The notes below the pieces were generated by a model. It was not told the origin of the DNA. It saw only the letters and a program-made list of their open reading frames with translations, and did not search any database. DNA of 64,000 nucleotides, taken from positions 1,674,001 through 1,738,000 of the forward strand of contig NC_135901.1 in assembly GCF_964194155.1 (NCBI RefSeq), read 5' to 3'. The translations under genes and the position numbers were made by a program. Positions 13,501 to 26,451 of the stretch are shown piece by piece; the stretch's first letter is position 1; each line of letters starts with the position of its first letter. The stretch comes from Cetorhinus maximus (taxonomy: Eukaryota).

Positions 13501-14700
13501 CCAAGTTAGTTAAACCCTCCCCAACAGCATTAGCAAACCTCCCCGCAAGGATGTTGGTCCCATTCCGGTTCAGGTGCAACCCGTTCGCTTTGTACAGGCC
13601 CCACCACCCCCAGAAACGGTCCCAATGTCCCAGGAATCTAAAGCCCTCCCTCCTGCACCATCTCTCCAGCCACGCACTCATCTGGACTGACCTCCTATTT
13701 CTATACTCACTAGCGCGTGGCACCGGAAGTAAATAGTTGAGGCCTGTTTGAGGTCCTATTTTTTAATCTGCTTCCTAGCTCCCTAAATTCTTCTTGCAGG
13801 ACCTCATCCCTCTTTCTACCTTTGTCGTTGGTACCAATATATACCACGATTTCTTTCTGTTTGCCCTCCCCCTTTAGAATGCCTTGCAGCCGTTCAGTGA
13901 CATCCTTGACCCTGGCACCAGGGAGGCAACATACCATCCTGGAGTCACGTCTACGGCCGCAGAAACGCCTGTCTGTTCCCCTTACTATCGAGTCTCCTAC
14001 CACTATTGCTCTTCCCCTCTTTTTCCTCCCCACCCCGTGCAGCTGAGCCATTCACAGTGCCATGAGCGTGGCTGCACTCCCCAGAGGAACCATCACTCTT
14101 ATCGCTTTCCAACACAGACAAACGGTTCTTGAGCGAGATGCACCCTGGGGATTTCCTGACTACCTGCCTGACACCTTTTTTGTGACTGATGGTCACCCAT
14201 TCCCTCTCTGTCTGCACTTTCATAAGCTGTGGGACGACCACGTCTAAAAATGTGCTATCCACAAAACTCTCAGCCTCGTGGATGCACCTCAGTGCCTCCA
14301 GCTGCTGCTCAAGCTCCGAAACTCAGAGCTCAGGTCGCTGTAGCTGGTGGCACTTCCTGCACACGTAGTCGGTCAGAGCGCAAGGAGCATCTAGGACTTC
14401 CCAAATGTTGCAGGTGGTACATAACACGGGACGGAGCTGCCCTGCCATGCCTCTAGTTGAAAAAAAAACCTTACTTTAAACACATTAAAAAATTTAAATT
14501 ATTTAATAACTTTAAATAAAAACTAGAACTATCTTTTCTTAGCTTATTCTATTTTAAACTTCGGGAACAGCTGGAGAAAAACACTTAGCCACTACTCACC
14601 AATCAGTTCTCACCTTTGTGCTGGTGTCACTTTTTGAAGCTTCCCCGCACTTGTGCTGGTTCTGATCTCTCCGCCGCTCTCTCACACTGTCCTGTGATGT
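10530..14700 (-). mobile_element. Near full-length decayed CR1 LINE (ORF1 Cys-rich + SGNH esterase; ORF2 APE + RT)
   Basis: VVGDSIVR and GLHLN esterase motifs (13427-14051), VIVGDFNFP endonuclease (12482-13174), YRPVSLTS and SGVPQGS..KFVDDTK RT motifs (11102-11935), with frameshifts. Confidence 0.92.
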
Positions 14701-17205
14701 CACTCTTCCTGAAGGGAAAGGAAGTGAATCCAGGGAAGGTGCAGACTCTGGAAAGGTTGGCCCAGGTCTCCCTCTCTCTCTCAAAGACATTGACATCCTT
14801 TGCTCTCTCAGCTTGTCACATTTATTTGTCTGATGGCCTGATTCCTAATGTTCACAATTAAAGGGGTGGTTTCCCAGGATTTGGCTGACAATTATGGGGA
14901 CGGTAAATTAATATAGGACAGAGAAACTACTAGTGTTGTTACATGGCACATATTGGAGAACCATAAGTAATACATCTAATAAAGAACATCTCTTATTATT
15001 TCTAGTTTTGTAATATAATACTGTAGCTATGTTATGTATTTAAAGTCATTGAGTCAGTACGGCACAGAAGGAGCCCATTTTGCAACTCGAGTCCATATCA
15101 ACTCCCTGTAGAGCAATCCAGTCAGTCCCATTCTCTCTCCACATCCCCATACCCCCGCAAGTTTATTTCTTTCAAGTGCCCACCCAACTCCATTTTTAAA
15201 TCATCGATCATCTCTGCTTCCAAACCCTTATAGACAGAGTTTTCCAGAACATGACCACTCGCTGCCAAAATAAAGTTCTTCGTCACATCCCACCTGTACC
15301 TCTGGTCAATATTGTACCTTACACTTTCAGTCCATTATTATAAACACATGTACATATTTAGACTAGCAGCCTGCTTGATGATTTTTCAGTGATACAAAGA
15401 TTAGTGGTAGGCCAGAAGATTGGAAAAATCTTAGAAACCAGCAAAGGATAACAAACTAAAAAAATGAAGAGAGAGAATTTTGAATAAACCAGCAAAAAAT
15501 ATAAAAACAGACATTAAAGGCTTCTAGAAATATATAAAAAGGGAAAAAGTAGTGAAAGTGAGCTTCAATCACTTAGAGGGTGAAACTGGGGAACTAATAA
15601 TGGGAAAGAAGGAAGTGGCAGAGATTTTGAACAAGTATTTTGTATCTGTCTTACAGTAGAAGACACAAAATCATCCCAAGAATAGTAGAGAAGCAGAGGC
15701 AAGAGGGAAGGAGGAAATTAAATGATTACAATCTCTAGAGCAAAAGCACTAGGAAAACTAATAGGGCTAAAGGCTGACACGTTTCCAGGATCTGATGGCC
15801 TGCTTCTTCGGGTCTTAAGGGAAGTGTTTGCAGAGATAGTGGCTGCATTGTTTCATCAACTTTGAAAGTGCCCTCAAATTCGGAAAGGTCCCAGTGGATT
15901 AGAAAACCACAAATGTAACACCTCTATTCAGGAGAGGTGGGAGATGGAAAGCAGGAAACTACAGGCCACTCAGTTTAACATCTGTGATTGGAGAGCCAAT
16001 CGATGTCACATATTTGGATTTACAAAAGGCATTCAATAAGAGGTCACATAAAAGGTTACGACACAAGGTACGAGCTCATGGTTGTGGGGGTGATATATTA
16101 GCACGGAAATAGGATTGGCTAGCCAACAGGAAACAAGGAGTTGGGGTAAATTAGCCAGTTTCAGGTTAACAAAGTGGAGTCCTGCAGGGGTCAGTACTGG
16201 GGCCTCAACTATTTACAATGCATATTAATGACTTGGATGAAGGAACCGACTGTATTATTTCTGGTGATACAACAATACGTAGGAAAGCAAGTTGTGAAGA
16301 GGATGCAAAGAGTCTGCAAAGGGATATCGATAGGTTAAGTGAGTGGACAAAAAAGGGGCCGATTGTGTATAGTGTGGGGAAAATATGAGCTTGTCGGCTT
16401 TGGCAGGAAGAATAAAAAAGAATATTATTTAAATAGAGGGAGACTGCAGGATGCTGCAGAACAGAGGGATCTGGGTATCCCTGTACAGAAAGTGCAAAAA
16501 GTCAGCATGCAGGTACAGCAAGTAATTAGGAAGTGTCATGAAACTATCATTTTTCCAGAATATTAATGTGGGAATTTGTAAAGTAGGCTTTTGTGTGTGT
16601 GGATGGTTCCGTCTGTGTGACTAATTTAATTGAATTAGAGATGGATAAACTGCAAGGTTGAAATTATCAGAAGTGTTAGGTGTAAAAAGGTCATTTGAAA
16701 TGCTAATGAGTGAGCGAGGGTAAAGTCAGCAGATAGGGTATGAATGAAATTTGCATTCTTAGCTCAGGGGAAAAGTTGTTGGATTTTAATGAGACGTGAT
16801 AAGGTTTTTACGACTGGCAAAATAAATAGAACAAGGTTATTACATTGATTTTTCCTAAAAGTGCTGAGCATAATGATAACATGAATTTTTTATATTATGG
16901 GAAAAGTAGATTCCAAAGACATGGAGGAACATTAGAAATCTAATAAGGAAAATATATTTAAAGAAGGATGGAAGGCTGTGTGGGGGCATGGCTGTGCAAG
17001 ATCTGAAAGGTACACCATGTAAAACAGAATTGGGGAAACGCCTCTAGCCACTTTGCAGAAGTCTGCTGTTTCAGTAACCAAAATTATGTTAAAAGCCTTT
17101 GGAATTCCACTGTCGAGTGGGTGCTCGTGGTAACCTTGCTGGATTGTCTCGACAAATTTATAATCTATTTTGGACTGTTGCCTTAAAAGGGGTGTGTAGT
17201 TGTGA

Positions 17206-18290
17206 ACAAAAACAAAAATACCTGGAAAAACTCAGCAGGTCTGACAGCATCTGCAGAGAGGGATGCAGTTGACGTTTCGAGTCCATATGACCCTTCATCA
17301 GAACTAAGACATATAGAAATGAGATGAAATATAAGCTGGTAGAAGAGGGTGGGACAGGAGAGTTCGATAGGGGGCCAGTGATAGGTGGAGGCCAAGAAGA
17401 GACTGCCAAAGATGTCAGAGACAAAAGAACAAAGGGGTGTTGATGGTGGTGATATTATCTAAAAGATGTGCTAATGGGGATATTAAGGGAAGCGAGCTAG
17501 TGGAAGATGGCCTGAGTGCGGGTGGGGGGATGGGATCGAAATGGGCTAAAAGGTGGAGATGAAACAATAGATTGAAATAAATTTAAAAATCTGAGGGAAA
17601 AGAAAAAAATAGTTGTAAAAAAATTATAAATTATTGGAAAAGGGGGTGGGGATGGAGAAGAGAGTTCATGATCTGAAATTGTTGAACTCAATATTAAGTC
17701 CGGAAGACTGTAAAGTGCCTAGCTGGAAGATGAAGTGCTGTTCCTCCAGTTTGCGTTGAGCTTCACTGGAACACTGCAGCAGGCCAAGGACGGACATGTG
17801 GGCATGAGAGCAGGGTGGAGTGTTGAAATGGCAAGTGACAGGAAGGTCTGGATCATGCTTGCGGACAGACCAAAGGTGTTCCGCAAAGCGGTCACCCAGT
17901 CTGCGTTTGGTCTCTCCAATGTAGAGGAGACCGCATTGGGAGCAGCAAATGCAGTAGACTAAATTGAGGGAAGTGGAAGTGAAATGCTGCTTCACTTGAA
18001 AGGAGTGTTTGGGCCCTTGGACGGCGAGGAGAGGGGAAGTAAAGGGGCAGATGTTGCACCTTCTGCGGTTGCATGGGAAGGTGCCGTGGGAGGGGGTTGA
18101 GGTGTAGGGGGTGATGGAGGAATGGACCAGGGTGTCCCGGAGGGAACAATCCCTGCGGAAAGCCGCCTGGGGGGGTGTAGGGAAGATATGTTTGGTAGTG
18201 GCATCATGCTGGAGTTGGCAGAAATGGTGGAAGATGATTCTTTGAACGCGGAGGCTGGTGGGTTGATAAGTGAGGACAAGGGGGAGCAGT
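17206..18290 (-). mobile_element. Penelope-like element 3' part: GIY-YIG endonuclease plus terminal repeat
   Basis: ORF 17666..17995 (VYCICCSQCGLLYIGETKRRLGDRFAEH). Flanking duplication tgtgtagttgtga at 17193-17205 and 18298-18310. Confidence 0.9.
17266..17306 (-). ncRNA. Minimal type I hammerhead ribozyme in the Penelope terminal repeat
   Basis: Minus strand reads UAGUU-CUGAUGA-A-GGGUC-AUAUG-GACUC-GAAAC-GUC^AACUG: intact core, stem I UAGUU/AACUG, stem II, and palindromic ACGU stem III. Confidence 0.75.
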
Positions 18291-19769
18291 TGTGAGTTGT
18301 GTAGTTGTGAGCCTGGTTAATTAGGAATTTTGGAAATTGTTATAATATTATGTAACCATGTATCTTTTAATCTTATGTATGTATTTTTCTTTGTTAATAA
18401 ATATTTTAATTTAATTTGTAAAATTGCTAAAGGGGTTAGTGGACTTATTACTTCTGAATTCAGTGCACAAACCTTCTCGTAATTAATACAAATTGCAAAA
18501 CTGTTGTGATAGCATAGCCAAGCTTCCCTTGTGGATTTGGTCAGCCTGGCAAATACCACCTGCTGTATCATAACAGAAGGCAGATGGAGTGTTGGCCTTT
18601 ATTGCAAGGGGAGTGGAATATAAAAGTAGGGAAGTCTTCCTGCAGCTGTACAGAATATTGGTGAGACCACACCTGGAGAACGGTGAACAGTTTTAGTCTC
18701 CCTACAGAGGAGGAATATGCATTGGAAGCAGTTCACAGAAGGTTTTCTAGGCTGATTCCAGGGATGAAGTGGTCGTCTTACAAGGAAAGGCTGAGCCAAT
18801 ACAGAGGTAATCTTATTGAAACATACAGGTTTCTGAGGGGGTTTGACAGGGTGGATGTTTCTTCTCATGGGGGTATCTAGAACTAGAGGGGCACAGTGTA
18901 AAGATAAGGGGTCTCCCATTTAAGACAGAGATGAAGAGGAATCTCTTCTCTCAAAGGGTGTTTAGTCTTTGGAATTCTCTTCCACAAAGAGCAGTGGAGG
19001 CTGGGTCATTGAATAAATTCAAGGCTGAATTAGACCGATTTTGATTGACAAGGGAGTCAAAGACTATGGGAGACAGGCAGGAAATTTTAAGTTAAGGCTA
19101 CAATCAGATCAGCCTTGATCTTATTAAATGGAAGAGCAGGCTCAATGAGCCGAATGGCCTACTCCTATTCTTATTACTTATGATCTCTCTGTTGAGGACA
19201 GGAAGCAGTGAATGTTGATCAGCATCAATTAACACCTTCAGGAGACTTGGGAGGGTGTATATTAGGTACAGCAGAGTGCGAATGGAGGGAGAGTGCGGGG
19301 GACAGGGATTTACTACTTTTGAGGAATGAGAGAGAGAGGTGTTTTCCATAGAATCTAGAATCATCTGTTCTGAATTTCTGTCCTGAACTGACAGTGATGA
19401 CTTTTGTAAACTCCTTTTACAGGACTTCAGAAGGGAACGAATTGCAAACAGAAATCTCAAATCAAACATCACATCAAGATCTGACAGAGTCTCTCAATTC
19501 ATCAGGGCCTGAATATCATTGGCCTTTGAATCTAGAAGGAGAAATGTTTCTGTTCTGTCTGCTTCAAACCATTTTAAACATCAGTTGACTGGAAAAGCAC
19601 TGAGACACACACACCCCAGTGCACTGACTGGAAAGAGGTTTAACCAGTTACACAGCCTGAAAAAACCATTGCACCATTCACAGTGGGGAGCAACCATAGA
19701 CGTTGTTCTATGTGTGAACGAGGCTTCAACAGATCATCAAACCTGGAGAGACACAAGGACACCGGCTCC

Positions 19770-20444
19770 ATGGAGAAACCGTGGAAATGTGGAGACTGTG
19801 GGAAGGAATCCCGTTCCCCATCTGAGCTGGAGATTCATCAACGCATTCACACTGGGGAGAGGCCGTTCACCTGCTCAGAGTGTGGGAAGGGATTCACTCA
19901 TTTAAACAACCTGCGGACACACCAGCGAGTTCACACTGGGGAGAGGCCATTCACCTGCTCCGTGTGTGGGAAGGGATTCACTCACACCTGGAACCTGTTG
20001 ACACACCAGCGACTTCATACTGGAGAGAGGCCGTTCACCTGCTCTGAGTGTGGGAAAGGATTCAGTCGGTTATGCAGCCTGCAAACACACCAACGAGTTC
20101 ACACTAGGGAGAGGCCATTCACCTGCTCTGAGTGTGGCAAGAGATTCACTCAGTTATCCCATCTGCTGACACACCAGCGGGTTCACACTGGGGAGAGGCC
20201 ATTCACCTGCTCCGAGTGTGGGAAGGGATTCAGTGAATCATTCACCCTGCTGATACACCAGCGAGTTCACACTGGAGAGAGGCCGTTCACCTGCACTGAG
20301 TGTGGGAAGGGATTCGCTCAGTCGTCCAACCTGTTGACACACCAACGAGTTCACACTGGGGAGAGACCATTCAGCTGCTCCATGTGTGAGAAAGGATTCA
20401 TTCAGTTATCTCACCTGCAAAGACACCAGCGAGTTCACAAGTGA
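19770..20444 (+). CDS. C2H2 zinc-finger protein (copy E), 8 canonical fingers
   Basis: Intact frame (open from 19683), MEKPWKC ATG at 19770, family acceptor before 19423. Probable first exon ends at 10470. Confidence 0.88.
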   Translation: MEKPWKCGDCGKESRSPSELEIHQRIHTGERPFTCSECGKGFTHLNNLRTHQRVHTGERPFTCSVCGKGFTHTWNLLTHQRLHTGERPFTCSECGKGFSRLCSLQTHQRVHTRERPFTCSECGKRFTQLSHLLTHQRVHTGERPFTCSECGKGFSESFTLLIHQRVHTGERPFTCTECGKGFAQSSNLLTHQRVHTGERPFSCSMCEKGFIQLSHLQRHQRVHK

Positions 20445-20707
20445 TTACAGGGGTTTGATTCTGCTGTTATTGCTGATGTTAATTACACCCAGGACTGAAC
20501 CATGTTCATTCTGACAGTTGTGAAGTGGGAGGGTCGGAGGGTTTCTTTCTGCTGGACTGGCCGGTCTCACAACTTTGCTTCCGGTGGACTGATGCTCTTT
20601 GAGCCTTGTTGCAAAAATCTAGTTGATATTTGGTGTTTGGAAGGTAAAAGAGATCTAGTTTGTATTTCTGTTTGGAACCCCCTCACCGCCTTAAACGCAT
20701 GCTCCAC

Positions 20708-23700
20708 TGTTACAGAAATGGGCTGTGGTGGTTAGAAGGTTCTTTTGTTTTATTTATCTGGCGTTTCTCACAGAAGGAAACTACAAAGGTATGAGGGGCA
20801 AGTTGGCTGTGGTAGATTGAGAAACTACATTAAAAGGTATGGTGGCAGACAGGCAATGGCTGGCATTTAAGGAATTAATACAGGAACAAAAACCCAACAG
20901 GAAAGTTGATGCAACAGTGGTTAATAAGAGAAGCTAAAGATTGCATTAGATCAAAGTAAGTGGCCTAAAACGTAGTTAGCCTGAGGATTGGGAGATATTT
21001 AGAATTCAGCAAAGGAGAACCAAGAAACTGATAAATAAAGAAAGAATAGAATATGAGAACACACTGGTGAGAAACATAAAAACTGACCATAAAATCTTTT
21101 TTTATGTGAAAAGGAAAGGATTAGCAAAGACAAGTATGGGCCCATTACAGGTGGAGACAGGAGAATTTAAACGAGGAATGTGGAAATGGCAGAGAAACTA
21201 AACAAATGTTTGTCTGTCTTCATGGAGGAAGATACGGAAATTGCCCCAAAGATACTAGAGAACCAAGGGACTAGTGAGCATAGGAACTGAAAGAGGTTAG
21301 TATTAGTGAACATGCACCAGAGAAATTAATGGGACTGAAAGTTGATAAATCCCTGGGATCCGATAATCTACATCCCAGAATGTTGAAGGAGGTGGCTGTA
21401 GAGGTAGTGGATACATTGGTGGTCATCTTTCAAAATTCTATAGTTTCTGCGATGGCTCCTGCAGATTGGAAGGTGGCAAATATAACTCCACTATTTACAA
21501 AAGGAGGGAGAAAATGGGGAATGACAGATCTGTTAGTCTGACATCAGTAGCAGGGGAAATACTAGAATCTATTATAAAGCATGTGATAGCTGGTTACTTA
21601 AAAAATAATGATCTGATTGGGCAGAATCAACATGGATTTATGAAAGGGGAATCATGTTTAAACCTGATGGAGTTTTTTGAGGATGTAACTAGCAAAACAG
21701 ATAAGAGGGAACCAGTGGATGTGGAGCTTTTGGATTTTCAGAAAGCTTTCAATAAGAGGTTATTAAGCAGAATTAGAGCACATGGGATTGGGGGAGCTTT
21801 ACTGGCATAGATTGAGAATTGGTTAACAGACAGAAAACAGAGAGTTAGAATAAATAGGACCTGGGCGTCATTGTTCATGAGCCACTGAAAACTAACATAC
21901 AGTTGCAGCAAGCAATTAGGAAGGCACATGGTGGCCTTTATCGCAAGAGGATTTGAGGAGGGTAGTAAAGAGGTATTGCTGCAATTGTATAGAACCATGG
22001 TTAGACCACACCTGGAGCATTATGTACAATTTTGGTCACCTTACCTAAGGAGGGTTATACTTGCCATAGAGAGAGTGCAACAGAGATTCACCTGATTCCT
22101 GAGATGGCAGGATTGCCCTATGAGGAGGAATTGAGGAGACTGGGCCTATATTCTTTAAAGCTTAGAAGAATGAGAGGTGATCTCATTGAAACCTACAAAA
22201 TTCTACAGGGCTCGACAGGGTCGATGCAGGAAGGATATATCCCCTGGCTGGGGGTGTCTAGAACCAGGGACACAGCCTCAGAATAAGGGGAAGACCATTT
22301 AGGACTCAGATGAGGAGGAATTTCTTCACTTAGAGGGTGAAGAACCTTTGGAATTCTCTACCTCTGAGGGCTGTGGAGGCTCAGTCATTGAGTACATTTA
22401 AGACAGAGATTGATAGATTTTTAGATATCGAAGGCATCAGGGGATATGGGGAGAGTGCAGGAAAATGGTGTTGAGACAGATGGTCAGCCATGATCTAATT
22501 GAATGGCAGAGCAGGCTCAATGGGCCGAATAGCCTATTCCTGCTCCTATTTCCTATGTCCTTAGAAGACAGTTACAGATTTGGTCTTGTGTACGTTGCAG
22601 TTCACTTGGAGTTGGTGAGGGGAAGAGAAGCTGGAAGATTTGCCTAGCTTGGAGCTAGAGGAAGAAATCTTGAATGATCCTGATAGCGAAAGGCAGTTAG
22701 CCTTGTGGCAGATAGGAGTCAGCTTGAACAGTGAGCTTTGAAAGAGCTGTGAAGAAGCTGTGGGAGCAGCATGGGGAGAAGCAGTCAGTCTGTCCAAAGT
22801 CAGGGCAATAAGGCAGTGAGGCTCAAGCCTGAGTGGAGGAATCCACAGTTGTGAGGTCATAAAGAAATTTTAACAGGTAGATTGGCAAAAAGCTACTGGA
22901 AAGATGCCCAGGAAATCTTGTAGCTTGGAAGAGTAGGTGGAATACTGAGGAGGAATCAAAGTGAATTCCAGAGGGCTGTGGCATATGGGTTGGCTCCAGG
23001 AGAAGTGAATGAACCCTTAGGGTTTCATAATGTATAAAGGAACTCTTGGTGGAACTAAAAATTAGAACCGGGTTTATAACTTAAGTATTTATATAACATG
23101 GTCTTAAGTGGTAGCGCTTATATCATTTAATTCTTTTATATACAGGAAAGTTTATTTTTTTCAAAATGTCAAATATTGTGGCATAATTCATTCAGTTATT
23201 TAGTGGGTGTTCGGATTTTTCTTTAAACATTAATGGTCCCTATCAGGATTGTAACAATATTTGGGGCCCATTCGGGATTCTGAATCCACAGACTGGTAAG
23301 GGTGCGCTATGTTTTGCTAAGGTTTAGGCTAACAATATTTCAGAATGAACCTTACCATATTCATTGAGAAGCAGAATGGTTTTGTTAATTGCTAAGACGT
23401 CTTCAGGGAGATGATTTATCCCTGGGTGTTTTGAAACAATGAGTAAAGGTGAGGTTGATGGAATGAGCAAAACAGTGGTTTTTGGATTTCAAAGCAGGGA
23501 CTTAAAAAGCAGAAATAGTTGATGCAATAGCACCGCATTTGGAATTGGAAGAAGAAAAGCTTTACCCAGATAACAGTCCAGATGAGTTACCGAGAATTCA
23601 ATTGCAGATCAAAAACTTGAGTGAGAATTCCAATGGGGTAGAGAAAATCAAAATCTCGAACATGAAGGAGAGGAAAAGGAAAAAGAAAGAAGAAAAAAAT

Positions 23701-24685
23701 GGAAATGCTGAGGCTTGAACTAGAATTCCAAATGGAAAAAATAGAAAGGGAAGAAAGAGATAAGGAAAGAAACAGAGAGCTTCAAAGAGAGAAAAAAATT
23801 AAACATTATGAACTGGCTAAAGAAAATCCTAAGTTAAGTGGTGAAAGAGGAACTAACCGTTCAGACAATGAGTCGAGTCCCACTGTGAGTTATCATTTTG
23901 CAAGGAATATTTGCCTCGTGCCTAAATTTCACTGAAGAAGGCATTGGAGAGATTCTGCCTTGTTTGGAAAATTTGTTGCAAAGTTAGGGTGGCCAAAGAA
24001 GGTATGGGCTTTTATTTTGCAAAGGGGTTATTGGGAAAGGCAATGGATGTTTATTCAAGTTAAGCTTCAAATTATGAGACTGTTCAAACTGTGGTGCTTA
24101 ATGCATATGAGCTCGTTCCCAAATCGTATCTATTAAAATTTTGGACCTTGTGAAAAGACAGACCCAAACCTTCATAAAATTTGCTACGTAAAAAAGAAAT
24201 GATGTTTGACAGGTGATTTTGAGCAATGAAAATTTTACAGTTTTGAGAATGTGGATTAAATAATCGAAATGGAAGAATTTAAAAACAGCATTATTACACA
24301 CCTGGTGCACTGTATGTTTTTACTATAAGGGAAGCTGCTGTTTTAGCTGATAGCTATGATTTGACTCACAACACCTTAGTGACAACAAACCACTGGTCGC
24401 AAACCCATAAGAGCTGGAAAGTGAAATGATATGAGAATGAACAGGATTTATTCCTTCTAATCTTCTAATGTATTTACCATGGGTGAAAATAGAGACATGA
24501 GGGATTAAGAAGGGTTTATATTTGAAGGGGAAGTCACTACATTTTTTGTCCAAGAAAGGGCCTGGAAAGCTTGTTATCCTGAGAGACACTGGCTCGATTC
24601 AGAACTTATTGCTAGCAAAAGATTTAGACTTTTGTTTGAAACATTCACTGAGTAAAAATGTATTAATACAAGGTATTGATGGGAA
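20708..24685 (+). mobile_element. Decayed Gypsy (Gmr1-like) LTR retrotransposon: 5' LTR 20708-23256 (split by CR1), PBS, gag, protease
   Basis: TGTTACA...TGTAACA termini and a tRNA-Pro-like PBS tggggcccattcgggat at 23262. Coiled-coil then LVPKF..WP..GKA..VY..AYELVP..EEFKN gag remnants, and an ILRDTG protease motif at ~24575. Confidence 0.8.
20785..22558 (+). mobile_element. CR1 LINE fragment inserted in the Gypsy LTR
   Basis: HPRMLKEVA, QHGFMKG, LDFQKAF and RGDLIETYKI peptides, plus a CR1 3' UTR. Confidence 0.88.
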
Positions 24686-24732
24686 AATAAAAGCAAAATT
24701 CTGCAGATGTTGGACATCAAATACAAAAACAG

Positions 24733-25758
24733 AAACATAGAAAATAGGAGCAGGAGTAGGCCATTTGGCCCTTCGAGCCTGCTCCGCCATTCATTATGAT
24801 AATGGCTGATCATCCAACTCAATAGCCTGCTCCCGCTTTCTCCCCATATCCTTTGATCCCTTTCACCCCAAGAGCTATATCTAACTCCTTCTTGAAAACA
24901 TACAATGTTTTGGCCTCAGCTACTTCCTGTGGTAGCGAATTCCACAGGCTCACCACCTCTCTGGTGAAGAAATTTCTCCTCATCTCAGTCCTAAATGGTC
25001 TACCCCGTATTCTCAGACTGTGACCCCTGGTTCTGGACTCCCCCACCATCGGGAACATCCTTCCTACATCTACCCTGTCTTGTCCTGTTAGAATTTTATA
25101 GGTTCCTATGAGATCCCCCCTCATTCTTCTGAACTCCAGCGAATATAATCCTAACCGACTCAATTCCTCTTCATATGTCAGTCCCGCCATCCCAGGAATC
25201 AGTCTGATAAACATTCGCTGCATTCCCTCTATAGCAAGAACATCCTTCCTCAGACAAGCAGGCCAAAACTGCACATAATATTCCAAGTGTGGTCTCACCA
25301 AGGCCCTGTGTAATTGCAGCAAGACATCCCTGCTCCTGGACTCGAATCCTCTTGCTGTGAAGGCCAACATACCATTTGCTTTCTTTACCGCCTGCTACAC
25401 CTGCATGCTTACCTTCAACAACTGGTGTACGAGGACACCCATCTGTCATGCATTTGTACACTCACGTAGCTTGTCCAAATCACCCTGAAGCATCTCTGCA
25501 TCCTCCTCACAGCTCACCCTCCCACCCAGCTTTGTGTCATCTGCAAATTTGGAGATATTACATTTAGCTCCCTCATCTAAATCATTAATATATATTGTGA
25601 ATAGCTGGGGTCCCAGCACCGATCCCTGCGGTACCCCACTAGTCACTGCCTGCCATTCGGAAAAAGACCCGTTTATTCCTACTCTTTGTTTCCTGCCTGC
25701 CAACCAGTTTTCTATCCATCTCAATACATTACCCCCAATCCCATATGCTTTAATTTTA
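24733..25758 (-). mobile_element. Relatively young 5'-truncated CR1 inserted in a Penelope terminal repeat
   Basis: [29 protein letters not shown] and WNSLP peptides. Penelope tail sequence flanks both sides (24685-24732, 25759-25845). Confidence 0.88.
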
Positions 25759-26180
25759 CACGCTGGTAAAACTCAGCAGGTCTGGCAGCATTTATGAAGA
25801 GAGAAACAGGGTTAATGCTTCGAGTCTGTGTGACTCTTCTTCAGGTGAAAATGGTGAAAGAGACCAATGGAAATCCTGTTGGAGAGAACCCCTACCCCTT
25901 GCGTATTCCCAAGGCATAGATGATATATTTGCTATACTTGAATTTGCAGCTGCATGTAAGATTTTCCTTACACACCTTAATGGGTTCCAGCCGGTGCTCG
26001 AGTTTACCTTTGAAATGGAGCAGTCAAATGAGCTCCCATTCCTCATCGTGGTGGTTGAGATACTTGCTAATCTCTACTACCGTCTACTGCATGTCTACCT
26101 TCACTGGTCAATATACGTGTTGCGATTCCGACATTTCCATGCCCTATAACATTGGCCTTATGTGCAACCTCATAAACAGT
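25759..26180. mobile_element. Penelope-like fragments (inverted terminal repeat plus RT C-terminal remnant)
   Basis: Degenerate hammerhead on the minus strand at ~25812-25845. The + strand encodes LEFTFEMEQSNELPFL..TTVY..TFTGQY-like peptides. Confidence 0.7.
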
Positions 26181-26451
26181 TCTGAGCCAAATTCTTTGGC
26201 AGAATTAGAATCAGCGAGTGGGACTGGCCCACAGTCTGAATCAGTGTTTAAGGACAGGAGGAGAAAAGAATAAGTAGGAGACTGGACACTGAATCTGGAA
26301 CAATGAGCAGAGAGGGAGAGGAGTGTGTGGGACAGAGATTTATAGATTTGGGTGAAAGAAAGGGGGGAAATGTTCCATAGAAACTAGAATTGTCAGTTCT
26401 GAATTTCTATCCTGTGTTTACAGAGATAATTTCTGTAACCTCCTTTTACAG

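Larger units (their letters stand above)
16534..18575 (+). mobile_element. Solo LTR (Gypsy-type), itself interrupted by a Penelope element
   Basis: Termini TGTCATGA...TCATAACA, with 4-bp target duplication GAAG at 16530-16533 and 18576-18579. Orientation is inferred. Confidence 0.8.
15330..19180 (+). mobile_element. Decayed CR1 ORF2/3'UTR interrupted by a solo LTR
   Basis: The RT remnant (..VQQVIRK) stops at 16533 and resumes at 18576. CR1 3' UTR at ~19100-19180. Confidence 0.85.

Noticed and set aside
19770-20444. 84-bp periodic repeats resembling a CRISPR or tandem array
   Set aside because: The period equals one 28-aa C2H2 finger. The constant part is the TGERPF linker and the context is eukaryotic.
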